Positions 7,865-17,143 are shown, numbered from the stretch's first letter. The stretch is DNA of 32,000 bases from Idiomarina loihiensis L2TR (GCF_000008465.1 NC_006512.1:1590001-1622000); one strand, 5' to 3'. Notes: generated by a model not told the origin, from the letters alone. A program made the numbers and translations.

Positions 7865-7876
7865 GTTTTAAGCGCC

Positions 7877-8226
7877 TTGTTAGCTGATTATTTGCTCAGG
7901 AGTACAACTAACTCGTTAGGATTTGACACTATGAATTGGAATGTACTGCCATCAAGTAATGAAACTTTGATTGCATCAGATGTTATAGGCAGAATACCCG
8001 CACCTTTACCTGAGCATTTTTCTACTTTTGAAATTGAGCTCCTTTCAATTTTAAGAGGCCCAAGCCCATAACCTTTATTATATGGGGAAAAATGAATATC
8101 AGTTTCAGTAATCCAAAATTTCCCATCTGCTTTTGCAACACCATTTTGAACTGTGGCTGTAATCGATTTTAAAGTGGCATCTTGCATTTATATTCCTTTT
8201 GAACGGTTGCACTAATCAGCTAACAA
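7877..8226. repeat. perfect 14-bp inverted repeat bracketing the PH-like ORF
   Basis: TTGTTAGCTGATTA at 7877-7890 and its exact reverse complement TAATCAGCTAACAA at 8213-8226. The ORF stop codon lies inside the left copy. Confidence 0.7.
7888..8187 (-). CDS. hypothetical small protein, PH/GRAM-like domain
   Basis: 99-aa ORF. GKFWITETDIHFSPYNKG...IERSSISKVEK...FQFIVSNPNELVVLL follows the bacterial PH/GRAM-like pattern (G.l.lT...l.F.p ... I.l..I..ve ... F.v.n). Confidence 0.55.
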   Translation of the reverse strand: MQDATLKSITATVQNGVAKADGKFWITETDIHFSPYNKGYGLGPLKIERSSISKVEKCSGKGAGILPITSDAIKVSLLDGSTFQFIVSNPNELVVLLSK

Positions 8227-8575
8227 TTATATATGTTGCAGACGCATTTTGTAACGCCCAAAAACAGCACTCCTAACCGTCTTAAACAACTGATAATAAC
8301 TACTATTTTCACCATTAATTCAAACTTTCCCGAAAAACTATTCGAGCATGCTCACTTTCGTTCAACCTAATGCGCAATATCATACTTTAATTTTTTGTTA
8401 TATAACTGAAGATAAAAGAGTTAGTTTCATAAAGCAATGCTAAACCGTGCAACATCACCGAAGAATGTGCGCAGGCAACTGAATCAACCAGCCAGTCATA
8501 AGCGGCGGAATCGTACCAAATAACCCGGATCTAACGTACAATACACACCCTAAACACCAAACTGCACACAATTAC

Positions 8576-9694
8576 ATGAACTTTTCTGATCTCGCACTTT
8601 CCCCTGAAACCCTTACTGCCCTATCACGTCAGGGGTACAGCGAATCTACCCCCATTCAGGCGGAAGCTATTCCATTGGTGCTGGCGGGGAAGGATGTCAT
8701 GGCCGCGGCGCAAACGGGTACGGGAAAGACAACGGCCTTTACCGCACCTCTTTTAGAACTTCTGAAAAGTAATGAGCGTGCCAAGGCAAATACAGCGCGT
8801 GTGCTTATTTTAACGCCCACTCGCGAGTTGGCGGCTCAGGTCGGTGAAAACGTTGCGAACTTAAGCGCGGGTCTGCCATTGAATTACGCGGTGGCGTTTG
8901 GTGGTGTAAAAATTAATCCGCAAATGATGAAGCTTCGCAAAGGCGTGGATATTCTGGTGGCCACACCTGGCCGCCTGCTGGACTTATACAAACAAAACGC
9001 GGTTCGCTTTCCTAAGTTAGAAGTGCTGGTACTGGATGAAGCCGACCGCATGCTCGACATGGGCTTTATTCACGACATTAAGAACATTATTAAGTTACTG
9101 CCGGCTAAACGCCAAACGCTACTGTTCTCGGCAACCTTTTCTGACGACATTCGTGCGCTGGCTAAAGGCTTACTGAAAAGCCCGGTCGAAATTTCGGTGG
9201 CACTACCCAACGCAACTGCCGAGCCTATTGAACAAACTTTGTATGAGGTACAAAAAAGCCAAAAGCTGGGGCTGTTATTAAAACTACTGAAAAGCCTCGA
9301 CCTACCCCAAGTACTTGTGTTTTCACGCACCAAACAAGGCGCTAACCGGTTAGTTAAGCAGTTGGATAAAGCCGGCTTCTCAGCCGCCGCTATTCACAGC
9401 GCTAAAAGTCAGGGCGCCCGTACTAAAGCGTTGGCTGACTTTAAAAGTGCCAAAGTGCAGATGCTTATCGCCACTGACATAGCCTCACGCGGCATTGATA
9501 TTGAAAAGCTGCCGTACGTGATTAACTACGACCTCCCCCACGTCGCGGAAGACTACATACACCGCATTGGTCGCACAGGTCGCGCCGGCCAAACGGGTCA
9601 TGCTATATCGTTAGTTACAGACGAGGACGTTGCAGCACTCAAAGCTATTGAGGAGCTTATAGGCGAGACGATTGAGCAGTGTAAATTAGAGTGA
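8576..9694 (+). CDS. rhlE: DEAD-box ATP-dependent RNA helicase (RhlE-like, short form)
   Basis: 372 aa. It has a Q-motif region plus [21 protein letters not shown] and [10 protein letters not shown] motifs. Confidence 0.9.
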   Translation: MNFSDLALSPETLTALSRQGYSESTPIQAEAIPLVLAGKDVMAAAQTGTGKTTAFTAPLLELLKSNERAKANTARVLILTPTRELAAQVGENVANLSAGLPLNYAVAFGGVKINPQMMKLRKGVDILVATPGRLLDLYKQNAVRFPKLEVLVLDEADRMLDMGFIHDIKNIIKLLPAKRQTLLFSATFSDDIRALAKGLLKSPVEISVALPNATAEPIEQTLYEVQKSQKLGLLLKLLKSLDLPQVLVFSRTKQGANRLVKQLDKAGFSAAAIHSAKSQGARTKALADFKSAKVQMLIATDIASRGIDIEKLPYVINYDLPHVAEDYIHRIGRTGRAGQTGHAISLVTDEDVAALKAIEELIGETIEQCKLE

Positions 9695-11398
9695 CTTGCT
9701 TGGTAAATAATGCTCAACACCTGTAGAGGGCTTACCAAAGAAGTACCCCTGGAAATGCTCGCACCCCATATTCTGCAAACGCTTGAACTGTTGCTCCGTT
9801 TCCACACCCTCTGCAATGACGGTAAGGTTCATGCTACGACCTAAGCTAATAATAGTTTCGGTTAATAACGCCCCTTTACTGTGTCCATCTAAGTCACGCA
9901 CAAAAGCTCGGTCAACTTTGAGTTCATCAAGCGGCAGCCGTGTAAGATAGGCTAGAGACGCATAGCCAGTGCCAAAGTCGTCGAGTGAAATCGACACGCC
10001 CAGTTCACGCAGACTGGCCATTTGCTCAACAATAAAATCAATATCGTCGGCTATGAGACTCTCTGTCAGTTCAAGGCATAAACACTTGGGGTTTGCCCCG
10101 GTGGTTTTGAGGATATTTTTCACGCGCTGAACAAAGTCCCCCCGACGAAACTGAACCGGGCTAACATTGACAGATATGTTAAAGCTTTCACTGCTCTTTT
10201 CAGCGTCCCATTTCACCAGTAGTTGGCAGCTCTTTTCTAAGACTCAGTCACCCAGCGCGATAATACTGTCATTCGCTTCGGCAATAGGAATAAAGTCATT
10301 GGGCGAGAGTGTCTTAAACTTAGGATGATGCCAACGAAGAAGCGCTTCAAAGCCAGTAATGTTCTGATTCTGATCGACTTGCGGTTGCAGCGCCAGAGCC
10401 AGTTCGTCATTGTCGACAGCGTGATTTAGCGCCTGTGATATTTCTAAGCGCTTTTTAACCGATGACTCCATCTGTGAGTCGAAGAAACTGATATCGGTTG
10501 TATTGGAGCGTTTCGCCATTTTGAGTGCGATATCCGCCTGGCGCAGCAATTCGTCTCCGGATAATGTTCCGGGGCAATGAAACAACGTAATACCAATGCA
10601 GGCATTGAGTTGGTGCGACCGTCCATCAAGAATTAATGGCGCTTTTAATTTTTGAAGAATTTGAGTTGCCATTAGTTCGGCCTCTGCTGCAACAGCATCG
10701 AGTGAGGATGTCGAGCAAGGTAAAACAAGAGCAAACTCATCCTTACCAAGACGAGCCAGGTCATCTGGAGAAGAACTAAATTGCTGCAAAGATTCAGCGC
10801 AACTTACCAGGACCCTGTCACCAACACTGTAGCCCAGACTATCGTTAATACTGTGAAACTTCTCAATATCAACGATAAGCAACGCAGCAGCGGAGGTGTC
10901 ACTGCTGGTGTTGCGCATAGCACTGGTTATTCGCTCCAGTATTAAACGACGGTTGGGTAACCCAGTTAGTGAGTCATAATAAGATAGGCGCTGAACTTCT
11001 GCTTCAGCCATTTCTAATGAACGCATATCCGCATCCATACAGAACATAATAGGCTCGTCATTCGGCAGTGAAACGACGGTATGGCTTGAGTAAACAGGCA
11101 CCGTGGAGCCGTCTTTATGTTTGAGGTTCAATCGCGCTGGTGGAATACCCTCTTCGTTGTCAAACATCCAGGCAACGGCTTGCTTTACTTCGTCGCGCAT
11201 CTCATGAGGGATAATTAAGTCAAAAAGGCTGCGCCCAAGCGCTTCGCTGGTGGAATAACCGTATATTCTTTCTGAAGCGGCATTCCAATAGACGACCGAG
11301 CCATCCACGCGATAGCCTTGAATAGACATAGCTTGTGTATCATCGAAGAGCTTATGGAACCGTGCTTCGCTAATTTGCTTGTCGCGGTTATTCGTCAT
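9686..11398 (-). pseudogene. PAS-GGDEF-EAL signalling protein with one in-frame TGA (10244-10246)
   Basis: Track ORFs 10244-11398 and 9686-10216 are in the same frame. Read-through gives ...SIIALGD*VLEKSCQLLVKWD..., where EAL domains normally have Trp (G.WVL). The EALLRW motif is present. The GGDEF site is degenerate (GKDEF, 10733-10747). Confidence 0.8.
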
Positions 11399-11578
11399 AA
11401 AAATTAGCCGTTGCTTAATTTATCGGTGAGACGTCGAACTTACATTAAGCATAGAAGATAATTGATAATATTGTTAAATAAAGGTTGTTTGACGATCAAT
11501 TTTCTTAAGCGGAAGGTAAATGGAACTTTATTCAAATGTTTTCCACTAAGAATTCTTACTCGATAACAATTTAAAATA

Positions 11579-12475
11579 ATGAAAACCGCTTTCCTGATTT
11601 CAATTTTAGTAGTCTTAAGCACCTCTCCAGCCATAGCCGGCGAAAAATACCTGCGTGATGATGGCACAGAAATTCGATATTACTTAGATAACGCCGCTGC
11701 TGATAACCTGCTGGTGATTTTTCAGGGATCAGACTGTAACAGCGTTCGTCACATGACGTCAGTTACGACTATTTGGCAAACTCTAGCTCCTAATTCCGCT
11801 CTGTTGACGATTGAGAAGTATGGCATTGATGATAGCCTACCCTATGCCTCTGGAGAGCGAGATGACTGCCCTACCAAATACCTTCAACACGACACAATGA
11901 CGCAGCGAATTAATGACGGGGTTCAACTCATCGACGCTTTTAAGAACTCCTATGACAAAGTCATAGTCGCTGGTGGCAGCGAAGGGGGCTCTATAGCTCT
12001 AGCTGCAGCCGAACGAGTTTCGGGCTTGCATTCTGTACTAGCGTTAAACTCGGGTTCTTCCAGTTTTCAGCATGATATCGAATTCAGCATTAAACAGACG
12101 GTGCCAGAAGGCCAACGTAATCAGGCCTTACAAGGTTTTAGACAATTTGCGGACCAAATTAAACAAAGTAAGGAGCCTTTTCAGGTCAACGTCAGTGGAC
12201 ACGGTTACGCATTTTGGAAAGATGCATTAGAACGAGACCTACTCAAGCCTCTCAAGACGATTGATGCTCCGGTATTTATAATACAGTCACTGGAAGATAC
12301 AAGTGTCGACCCTGAGCAAACGAGACAAGAAATAAATAAAATTATTTCCGATGGCGCTAAACATATAACACTAAAGATGCTGCCGGGACTTGATCACGGT
12401 TTTCAAGATTCAAATGGTCAATCCCAACTAAAAAATGTTGTTGAGGGTGTATCTAATATCATCAATACTAAATGA
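11579..12475 (+). CDS. secreted alpha/beta hydrolase
   Basis: 298 aa. It has a signal peptide (MKTAFLISILVVLSTSPAIA/GE), a nucleophile elbow GGSEG, and later D (LEDTSVD) and H (LDHGF) residues. Confidence 0.75.
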   Translation: MKTAFLISILVVLSTSPAIAGEKYLRDDGTEIRYYLDNAAADNLLVIFQGSDCNSVRHMTSVTTIWQTLAPNSALLTIEKYGIDDSLPYASGERDDCPTKYLQHDTMTQRINDGVQLIDAFKNSYDKVIVAGGSEGGSIALAAAERVSGLHSVLALNSGSSSFQHDIEFSIKQTVPEGQRNQALQGFRQFADQIKQSKEPFQVNVSGHGYAFWKDALERDLLKPLKTIDAPVFIIQSLEDTSVDPEQTRQEINKIISDGAKHITLKMLPGLDHGFQDSNGQSQLKNVVEGVSNIINTK

Positions 12476-12503
12476 TAGAGAAACCTAAAAAGACAGGTAC
12501 GTC

Positions 12504-13199
12504 ATGCCAGATAATTTAAAACTCTACGAAGCCATTATGCTGCTCGCATTGTGCGAGGAAAAGGGCACCATGAACGGCATGTACGTGGAGTATGCCACCG
12601 CCGGAGCTATAGCTGCTGAACTTTTAATGCTCGGCCGAATTAAGGCTGATGAAAATAATAAAAACAAAGTTGCAGTGCTCGATGACAGCCCTACTGGCGA
12701 TGCATTGTTAGATGAAGCCTTAACGATGATTGCTGAAGCGAAGCGTCCGCGTAAACTCAAGGACTGGGTACAAAAACTAGGCGGTATTAAAAATCTTAAA
12801 CATAAAGTTGCACAAGCTCTTGCTGATGATGACATTGTGGCGCATGAAAAAGAAAAAGTATTGTGGTTATTCGAACGCCAGGTTTACCCGGAGGTTAATC
12901 CTAAGCCAGAGCAGGAATTGCGTCAGGCCATGCGTGATGCAGTACTCAGTGATAGCGAAGATATTGAACCGAAAATTGCTATTGCCGTTGCCTTAGCCAA
13001 TAGCGCCAAGCTACTGCCACAGGTGTTCAGTAAGCAAGAGCTGAAAGACCGCAAACAACGCATTAAGCAGCTGGAAAATGGTGAACTTGTGTCTAAAGCC
13101 GCCAAGGAAGCCGTCCAGGCCATTGAAGCGGCGGTTATGGTTGCTGTGATTATGCCTGCCATAACAGCAGCGTCAGCGCCAACTTCCGGGGGATGTTAA
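12504..13199 (+). CDS. GPP34 (GOLPH3/Vps74-like) family protein with a hydrophobic C-terminal tail
   Basis: 231 aa. LYEAIMLLALCEEKGTMNG...YATAGAIAAELLMLGRI is the typical GPP34 N-terminal signature. The C-terminus is AVMVAVIMPAITAASAPTSGGC. Confidence 0.7.
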   Translation: MPDNLKLYEAIMLLALCEEKGTMNGMYVEYATAGAIAAELLMLGRIKADENNKNKVAVLDDSPTGDALLDEALTMIAEAKRPRKLKDWVQKLGGIKNLKHKVAQALADDDIVAHEKEKVLWLFERQVYPEVNPKPEQELRQAMRDAVLSDSEDIEPKIAIAVALANSAKLLPQVFSKQELKDRKQRIKQLENGELVSKAAKEAVQAIEAAVMVAVIMPAITAASAPTSGGC

Positions 13200-13217
13200 C
13201 TGTTAAAAGGAACTTAC

Positions 13218-13874
13218 ATGATACTTCTTAAGAAACTCAAACAATGGAAGGCTGGCTTAATTGCTATATTTATAAGCTTTGCCATTGCCTTCACTACTTA
13301 CACAGCTCAAACCCGTGTTACCGAGATTGTACCTGACGCACAAGGTGGCATTGTCACCGTTTACTCGCTCATCATTAACGTTGTGCTCTGGTTATTTTTA
13401 TCGATTGCGATTTTTCATTTTATGCGAGCACTCGCGCAAGGGCATCGGTTTAAATCCGTTATCACCGCCGCATTGATTTTTTTATTTGTCGGCTATGCGA
13501 CTAACACCACTTATACCGCCATGCAATTAAATAGTGCTTTAATCGCTGCGGCTGATCCAACAACTTCTTCGCACAGGTTAACCGAACTTGCAAAAGCCGA
13601 TATAGACTATGGCTACGAACTGGACAACAGAGTGGCGGGTAATCCATCAACGCCTGTTGATACGCTGGTGTCCTTATACAACAAAGAAGGCCAGATCGGC
13701 ACCGACTTAACTCTGGCAGCTAACCCCAACACGCCTAATGAGATACTAATCGCATTGTCTAAACGCACCAACGAACGCTGGGGAGATGCTATCGTCAATG
13801 CTTTAAAACGTAACTCAAAAGTCATATCTGGCGAGTTGCGCTTTGATGAAGTAATGACTTTGCAGGGTAATTAA
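13218..13874 (+). CDS. membrane protein with C-terminal leucine-rich-repeat-variant (LRV)-like repeats
   Basis: 218 aa. About 3-4 TM helices are followed by AGNPSTPVDTLVSL and LAANPNTPNEILIALS repeats (nP.tP..L..L). Confidence 0.6.
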   Translation: MILLKKLKQWKAGLIAIFISFAIAFTTYTAQTRVTEIVPDAQGGIVTVYSLIINVVLWLFLSIAIFHFMRALAQGHRFKSVITAALIFLFVGYATNTTYTAMQLNSALIAAADPTTSSHRLTELAKADIDYGYELDNRVAGNPSTPVDTLVSLYNKEGQIGTDLTLAANPNTPNEILIALSKRTNERWGDAIVNALKRNSKVISGELRFDEVMTLQGN

Positions 13875-13920
13875 GCTTGTAATATTGAATAATTAAATTA
13901 TTAAAGGGAACTTAACTCAC

Positions 13921-14991
13921 ATGAATTTAGACTCCTCAGTTAAAGCCATCATCGTAGGACTGCTATTAAGTTTTGCCGTAGGCTGTGCGCACTTCGTCGA
14001 ACAACAGGTACTCTACCCGGGTGGCGACAACCTTGTTATTGAGGGGGTTAATGAAAGCGAACTATTAAAAATTTATCATTTACAGAAGCGCACATTGTCT
14101 AGCAAGCAACACTTACCGTTCTATTTTGGTGATGCCGAAACGCTGACCAGTGATTATGTACCGCCGACACTTGACTTAACCTTTACCTATACCGATGCAC
14201 CGGAAGGTATAGATCCAGTAAGAAAATATCACCTGGAGCTCGAACCTTCAGTTAATAAAACAATTCGCGCCAAAGGTATCGTAATTCTACTGCACAGCTA
14301 CAGTACCAATGCTCAGTCGGTTCTCTTTGATAGCATCGCGCTGCAGCTACAAGGCTACCACACAGCTATCGTTGATTTACTTGGGCACGGTACTGCACAG
14401 GACCAACCGGTGAGCTTTGGCCAAGCAGATGTTAGGCGTCTGCATCGGTTAGTCACAAAGCTAAAGCGGCAATATCAGCTACCCATAATTTTATATGGCA
14501 AATCTTATGGTGCTTCCATCGCTGCGCAGTATATTGAATCGTATGGCAATATCGCTCGATTTATCGCTGTCGCCCCCATGACCGACTTCACTCCGGCCGC
14601 ACTGCGTATGGCTAAGAGCTCACACTCATTTATCACTTCGTTCGTATCTGACCAATGGCTACAGGACACCTTCGAAGAAGTACTTATCAACCACCAAACC
14701 AGTTCGCGTCGGCTATCCACACCACGTGTTTTATTGCGTCAACCAGAGAAGTCGCTGCCTCCGACATTGATTGTAATCGGCTCGCTAGACAAAATCAGTG
14801 ATTCTGACCAACTCAAACGCCTGGAAAACATTGACAGGATTCAAATAGAAACACTGGATAACCGCGGTCATATTGAAATGATGATTTACGATAATCACAT
14901 CAACTCTGTTATCGAAGATTGGCTAAAAAACTCAGTCGTCGACAAACAACTTATGACGGCCCCCCAAGAAAAAGATCAACAAGGACGATGA
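13921..14991 (+). CDS. alpha/beta hydrolase, probable lipoprotein
   Basis: 356 aa. It has a signal sequence ending in a lipobox-like FAVGC, a nucleophile elbow GKSYG, and C-terminal D/H candidates (GSLDKISD, RGHIEMM). Confidence 0.7.
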   Translation: MNLDSSVKAIIVGLLLSFAVGCAHFVEQQVLYPGGDNLVIEGVNESELLKIYHLQKRTLSSKQHLPFYFGDAETLTSDYVPPTLDLTFTYTDAPEGIDPVRKYHLELEPSVNKTIRAKGIVILLHSYSTNAQSVLFDSIALQLQGYHTAIVDLLGHGTAQDQPVSFGQADVRRLHRLVTKLKRQYQLPIILYGKSYGASIAAQYIESYGNIARFIAVAPMTDFTPAALRMAKSSHSFITSFVSDQWLQDTFEEVLINHQTSSRRLSTPRVLLRQPEKSLPPTLIVIGSLDKISDSDQLKRLENIDRIQIETLDNRGHIEMMIYDNHINSVIEDWLKNSVVDKQLMTAPQEKDQQGR

Positions 14992-15094
14992 ATTTGGACA
15001 TGATGAAGGCATACCGCAGCAACATTGAGGGTTAGCTTTTGTGTTTGAGTGCGCCCTTTATAGCTTGCTGCAAAGCTTTAATCACTGAATAAAA

Positions 15095-15511
15095 TTAATT
15101 TTTCAATTCGCCAGAGGACGATTCAATATGGGCGCGGACAAGCCACTGAAACTGCTCTAACTCACCCAGTTGCCCGGTTAACATGTCTTCAGATACTGGA
15201 TCGAGCTCAGCCAGTATTTCCATAGCTTCTCGGTGGTCACCGTTGACGCCATTGTAAACTTTGTCCAGAGCAACTAAATGCTCTGCCACTAACCCTTTAC
15301 CTAAAGAGTAGTCTTCCCATCTGCGACGCTCTGAAATCGCTTTAGGCGTACCTACTGGAACTCCACCTAACATTGCAATTCGCTCTGCGATGGTATCAGT
15401 CATTTCTCGCACTGCGTCTACTTGCGGATCTAACATTTCGTACACACCAATGAAGTTCGGCCCTACAACGTTCCAATGCACATGTTTTAGTGTCAATTGC
15501 AGGTCAAGCAA
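15095..15511 (-). CDS. dps: Dps family ferritin-like protein, apparently 5'-truncated (possible pseudogene)
   Basis: LDLQLTLKHVHWNVVGPNFIGVYEMLDPQVD...FQWLVRAHIE is a strong Dps signature. From memory it is close to the actinobacterial Dps type. The only in-frame start is TTG at 15511. The frame is open upstream only to a TAG inside the palindromic element. About 20-25 N-terminal residues seen in homologs are missing. Confidence 0.75.
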   Translation of the reverse strand: MLDLQLTLKHVHWNVVGPNFIGVYEMLDPQVDAVREMTDTIAERIAMLGGVPVGTPKAISERRRWEDYSLGKGLVAEHLVALDKVYNGVNGDHREAMEILAELDPVSEDMLTGQLGELEQFQWLVRAHIESSSGELKN

Positions 15512-15549
15512 TGCGACTAGGTGATCATCAAATACCCAGGAAGATCGCT

Positions 15550-15684
15550 TTGTGGCAGCGCAAGGAAGAAGAGTTCGCTATCACGGAGTGTCGAAGGCCA
15601 AGGATGGCCTTCGTCAAGCCCACAAGGATGTGCTCGTAGCGTCTCCGTGATAGCGAACTCTTTTTCCTTAGAAAGCAGCCACAA
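15550..15684. repeat. imperfect palindrome of about 135 bp (MITE/REP-like structured element)
   Basis: GAGTTCGCTATCACGGAG (15571-15588) pairs perfectly with 15643-15660. The stem is extended by AAGGAAGAA/TTTTTCCTT and TTGTGGC/GCCACAA. A nested hairpin CGAAGGCCA/TGGCCTTCG lies at 15592-15613. Confidence 0.6.
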
Positions 15685-15691
15685 AAAACCC

Positions 15692-15703
15692 GGCGCGAAG
15701 GCC
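15692..15703. repeat. target-site duplication, left copy (GGCGCGAAGGCC)
   Basis: It is identical to the 12-mer at 17144-17155 and lies directly outside the IS terminal inverted repeats. Confidence 0.8.
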
Positions 15704-17143
15704 TAATGCTTGTCAGTTAAGCTAACTGGCTGTCGGTTTAGAAGGCGGTCGCATCGGATAACGTTGCGGCCGCCTTTTTATTGAACGAGGGTAATATCGC
15801 TCTCGTCTTTCGGGCAGCACGAATGCGCTGGCCATTTCCATCATTTGCTCCATGACTTTGGGTATTTTTCCGGGTGAGATGTGTACCAGTATATGTAACT
15901 GCCCCACCAGATAATGAGAGGCTTGTTTGAAACTTATTTGATTCGGCTCAATATGCTTCAGGCTATAGGCCATTTGCGCCATCATATACCGCAATAAGTT
16001 ATAAGCGACCAGCATGCCCCACAACTCCTGCTCAACCAGGTCAGGCCGTTTGCTGCGCAGGGTCAGCTCACTCTTCAGCATATATTGTTTCATTTCACGG
16101 TAAGCCTGCTCGATTTCCCAGCGATGAGCATATAAGTCAACGATATCGGCTTCAGGATAACGCATCGTGTCTGTCATTGAGGTTAATATCGCAACCTCTT
16201 TTTTAGCTATTTTCTTACACACTAAACGCGCCTGAACAGTGTCCGGTGCATTATCCCACTTCTTCTTAGCTTGTGGTGAGAGCCTAATTTCTACCAATTT
16301 GTCCGTGTCGCTAAAAGACTTCTTGACAGAGTATTGTGCGCCTTTTCTGAGGGGAATAAGCCAATGGCGCTCCTCACCGGCACGATGCCATTGATCCAGT
16401 AAACCCAGCGCATAAAACCCTTTATCGAACAGCGTCAGTGAGTGGTCCGGCGTCTGTTCAATCAGCCGGGCTGCCAGGTCTACTTCACTAACCTCTGCAA
16501 TACTGCCGAACTCCGTCGAGGTGACTAAATGGCTGCTTACTTCCATTTGATTCACCATCCGAATTTGAGGATAGTCGGATTCAGCCCGCTGGTTAGCCGT
16601 TCGCCCATAGGAAGCATCATTCTCCGGTGTGTCCGGTGTACGCCAGACGGTGCCGTCGACAGCCAGAACCGATAGATTATTCCAGTGAGAAAGCGGTAGT
16701 TTATCGAACCACAGCTCATTAGTGAGCTCAAACATACGCTTCATAACATTAGCCCCCAAACGCTGACGAGCCTGAACTACGGCACTCGGCGCAACGTAAG
16801 GTCTTTTGCCGGGCAACATTAAATCAAGGTGTGAAACGAGCTGACGCATCGGCATTTCCCGAAATAATGCCATTCCTACGACCGCCCAGACCATAAAGTC
16901 CATTGGCAAACGGCGTTTGCGTACCGTTGTAACGCCCGCGTCTTCAAGGCATTGTTCGATTAACTCAGGCTCCAGCAGATCCGGTAGTTTACTAAAATCA
17001 TCCGGCGTAAACTCCTGCAGTTGGTCCAGTGCTTGACTCAGAAACATAAAAAATCCGTAGTTAGAAAACCTAACTACGGATTTTGAAGTCTCTGCCGGAT
17101 CGGTCAACCGATCGCTAAAATTTTTCTTAACTGATCGGCATTA
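15704..17143 (-). mobile_element. IS4-family (IS4-group) insertion sequence, 1440 bp
   Basis: The terminal inverted repeats are TAATGCTTGTCAGTTAAG (15704-15721) and the reverse complement of 17126-17143, TAATGCCGATCAGTTAAG (15/18 match). It carries a single DDE transposase and is flanked by a 12-bp direct repeat. Confidence 0.85.
15722..17047 (-). CDS. IS4 family transposase (InsG-like)
   Basis: DDE residues occur in [18 protein letters not shown] and [12 protein letters not shown] (the Y-R-E-K signature). From memory it is collinear with E. coli IS4 InsG starting at [10 protein letters not shown], so I prefer the ATG at 17047 over the track start at 17107. Confidence 0.9.
   Translation of the reverse strand: MFLSQALDQLQEFTPDDFSKLPDLLEPELIEQCLEDAGVTTVRKRRLPMDFMVWAVVGMALFREMPMRQLVSHLDLMLPGKRPYVAPSAVVQARQRLGANVMKRMFELTNELWFDKLPLSHWNNLSVLAVDGTVWRTPDTPENDASYGRTANQRAESDYPQIRMVNQMEVSSHLVTSTEFGSIAEVSEVDLAARLIEQTPDHSLTLFDKGFYALGLLDQWHRAGEERHWLIPLRKGAQYSVKKSFSDTDKLVEIRLSPQAKKKWDNAPDTVQARLVCKKIAKKEVAILTSMTDTMRYPEADIVDLYAHRWEIEQAYREMKQYMLKSELTLRSKRPDLVEQELWGMLVAYNLLRYMMAQMAYSLKHIEPNQISFKQASHYLVGQLHILVHISPGKIPKVMEQMMEMASAFVLPERRERYYPRSIKRRPQRYPMRPPSKPTAS

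Noticed and set aside
10244-10246. In-frame TGA in the GGDEF-EAL gene as selenocysteine or programmed recoding
   Set aside because: The position corresponds to a conserved Trp (TGG) of EAL domains. I see no SECIS-like hairpin immediately downstream, and gammaproteobacteria do not read UGA as Trp. A simple nonsense mutation or sequencing error is the more economical explanation.
15521-15706. 61-aa plus-strand ORF between dps and the IS
   Set aside because: It lies entirely within the palindromic element and the terminator half-site. Its sequence is a by-product of the inverted repeat.
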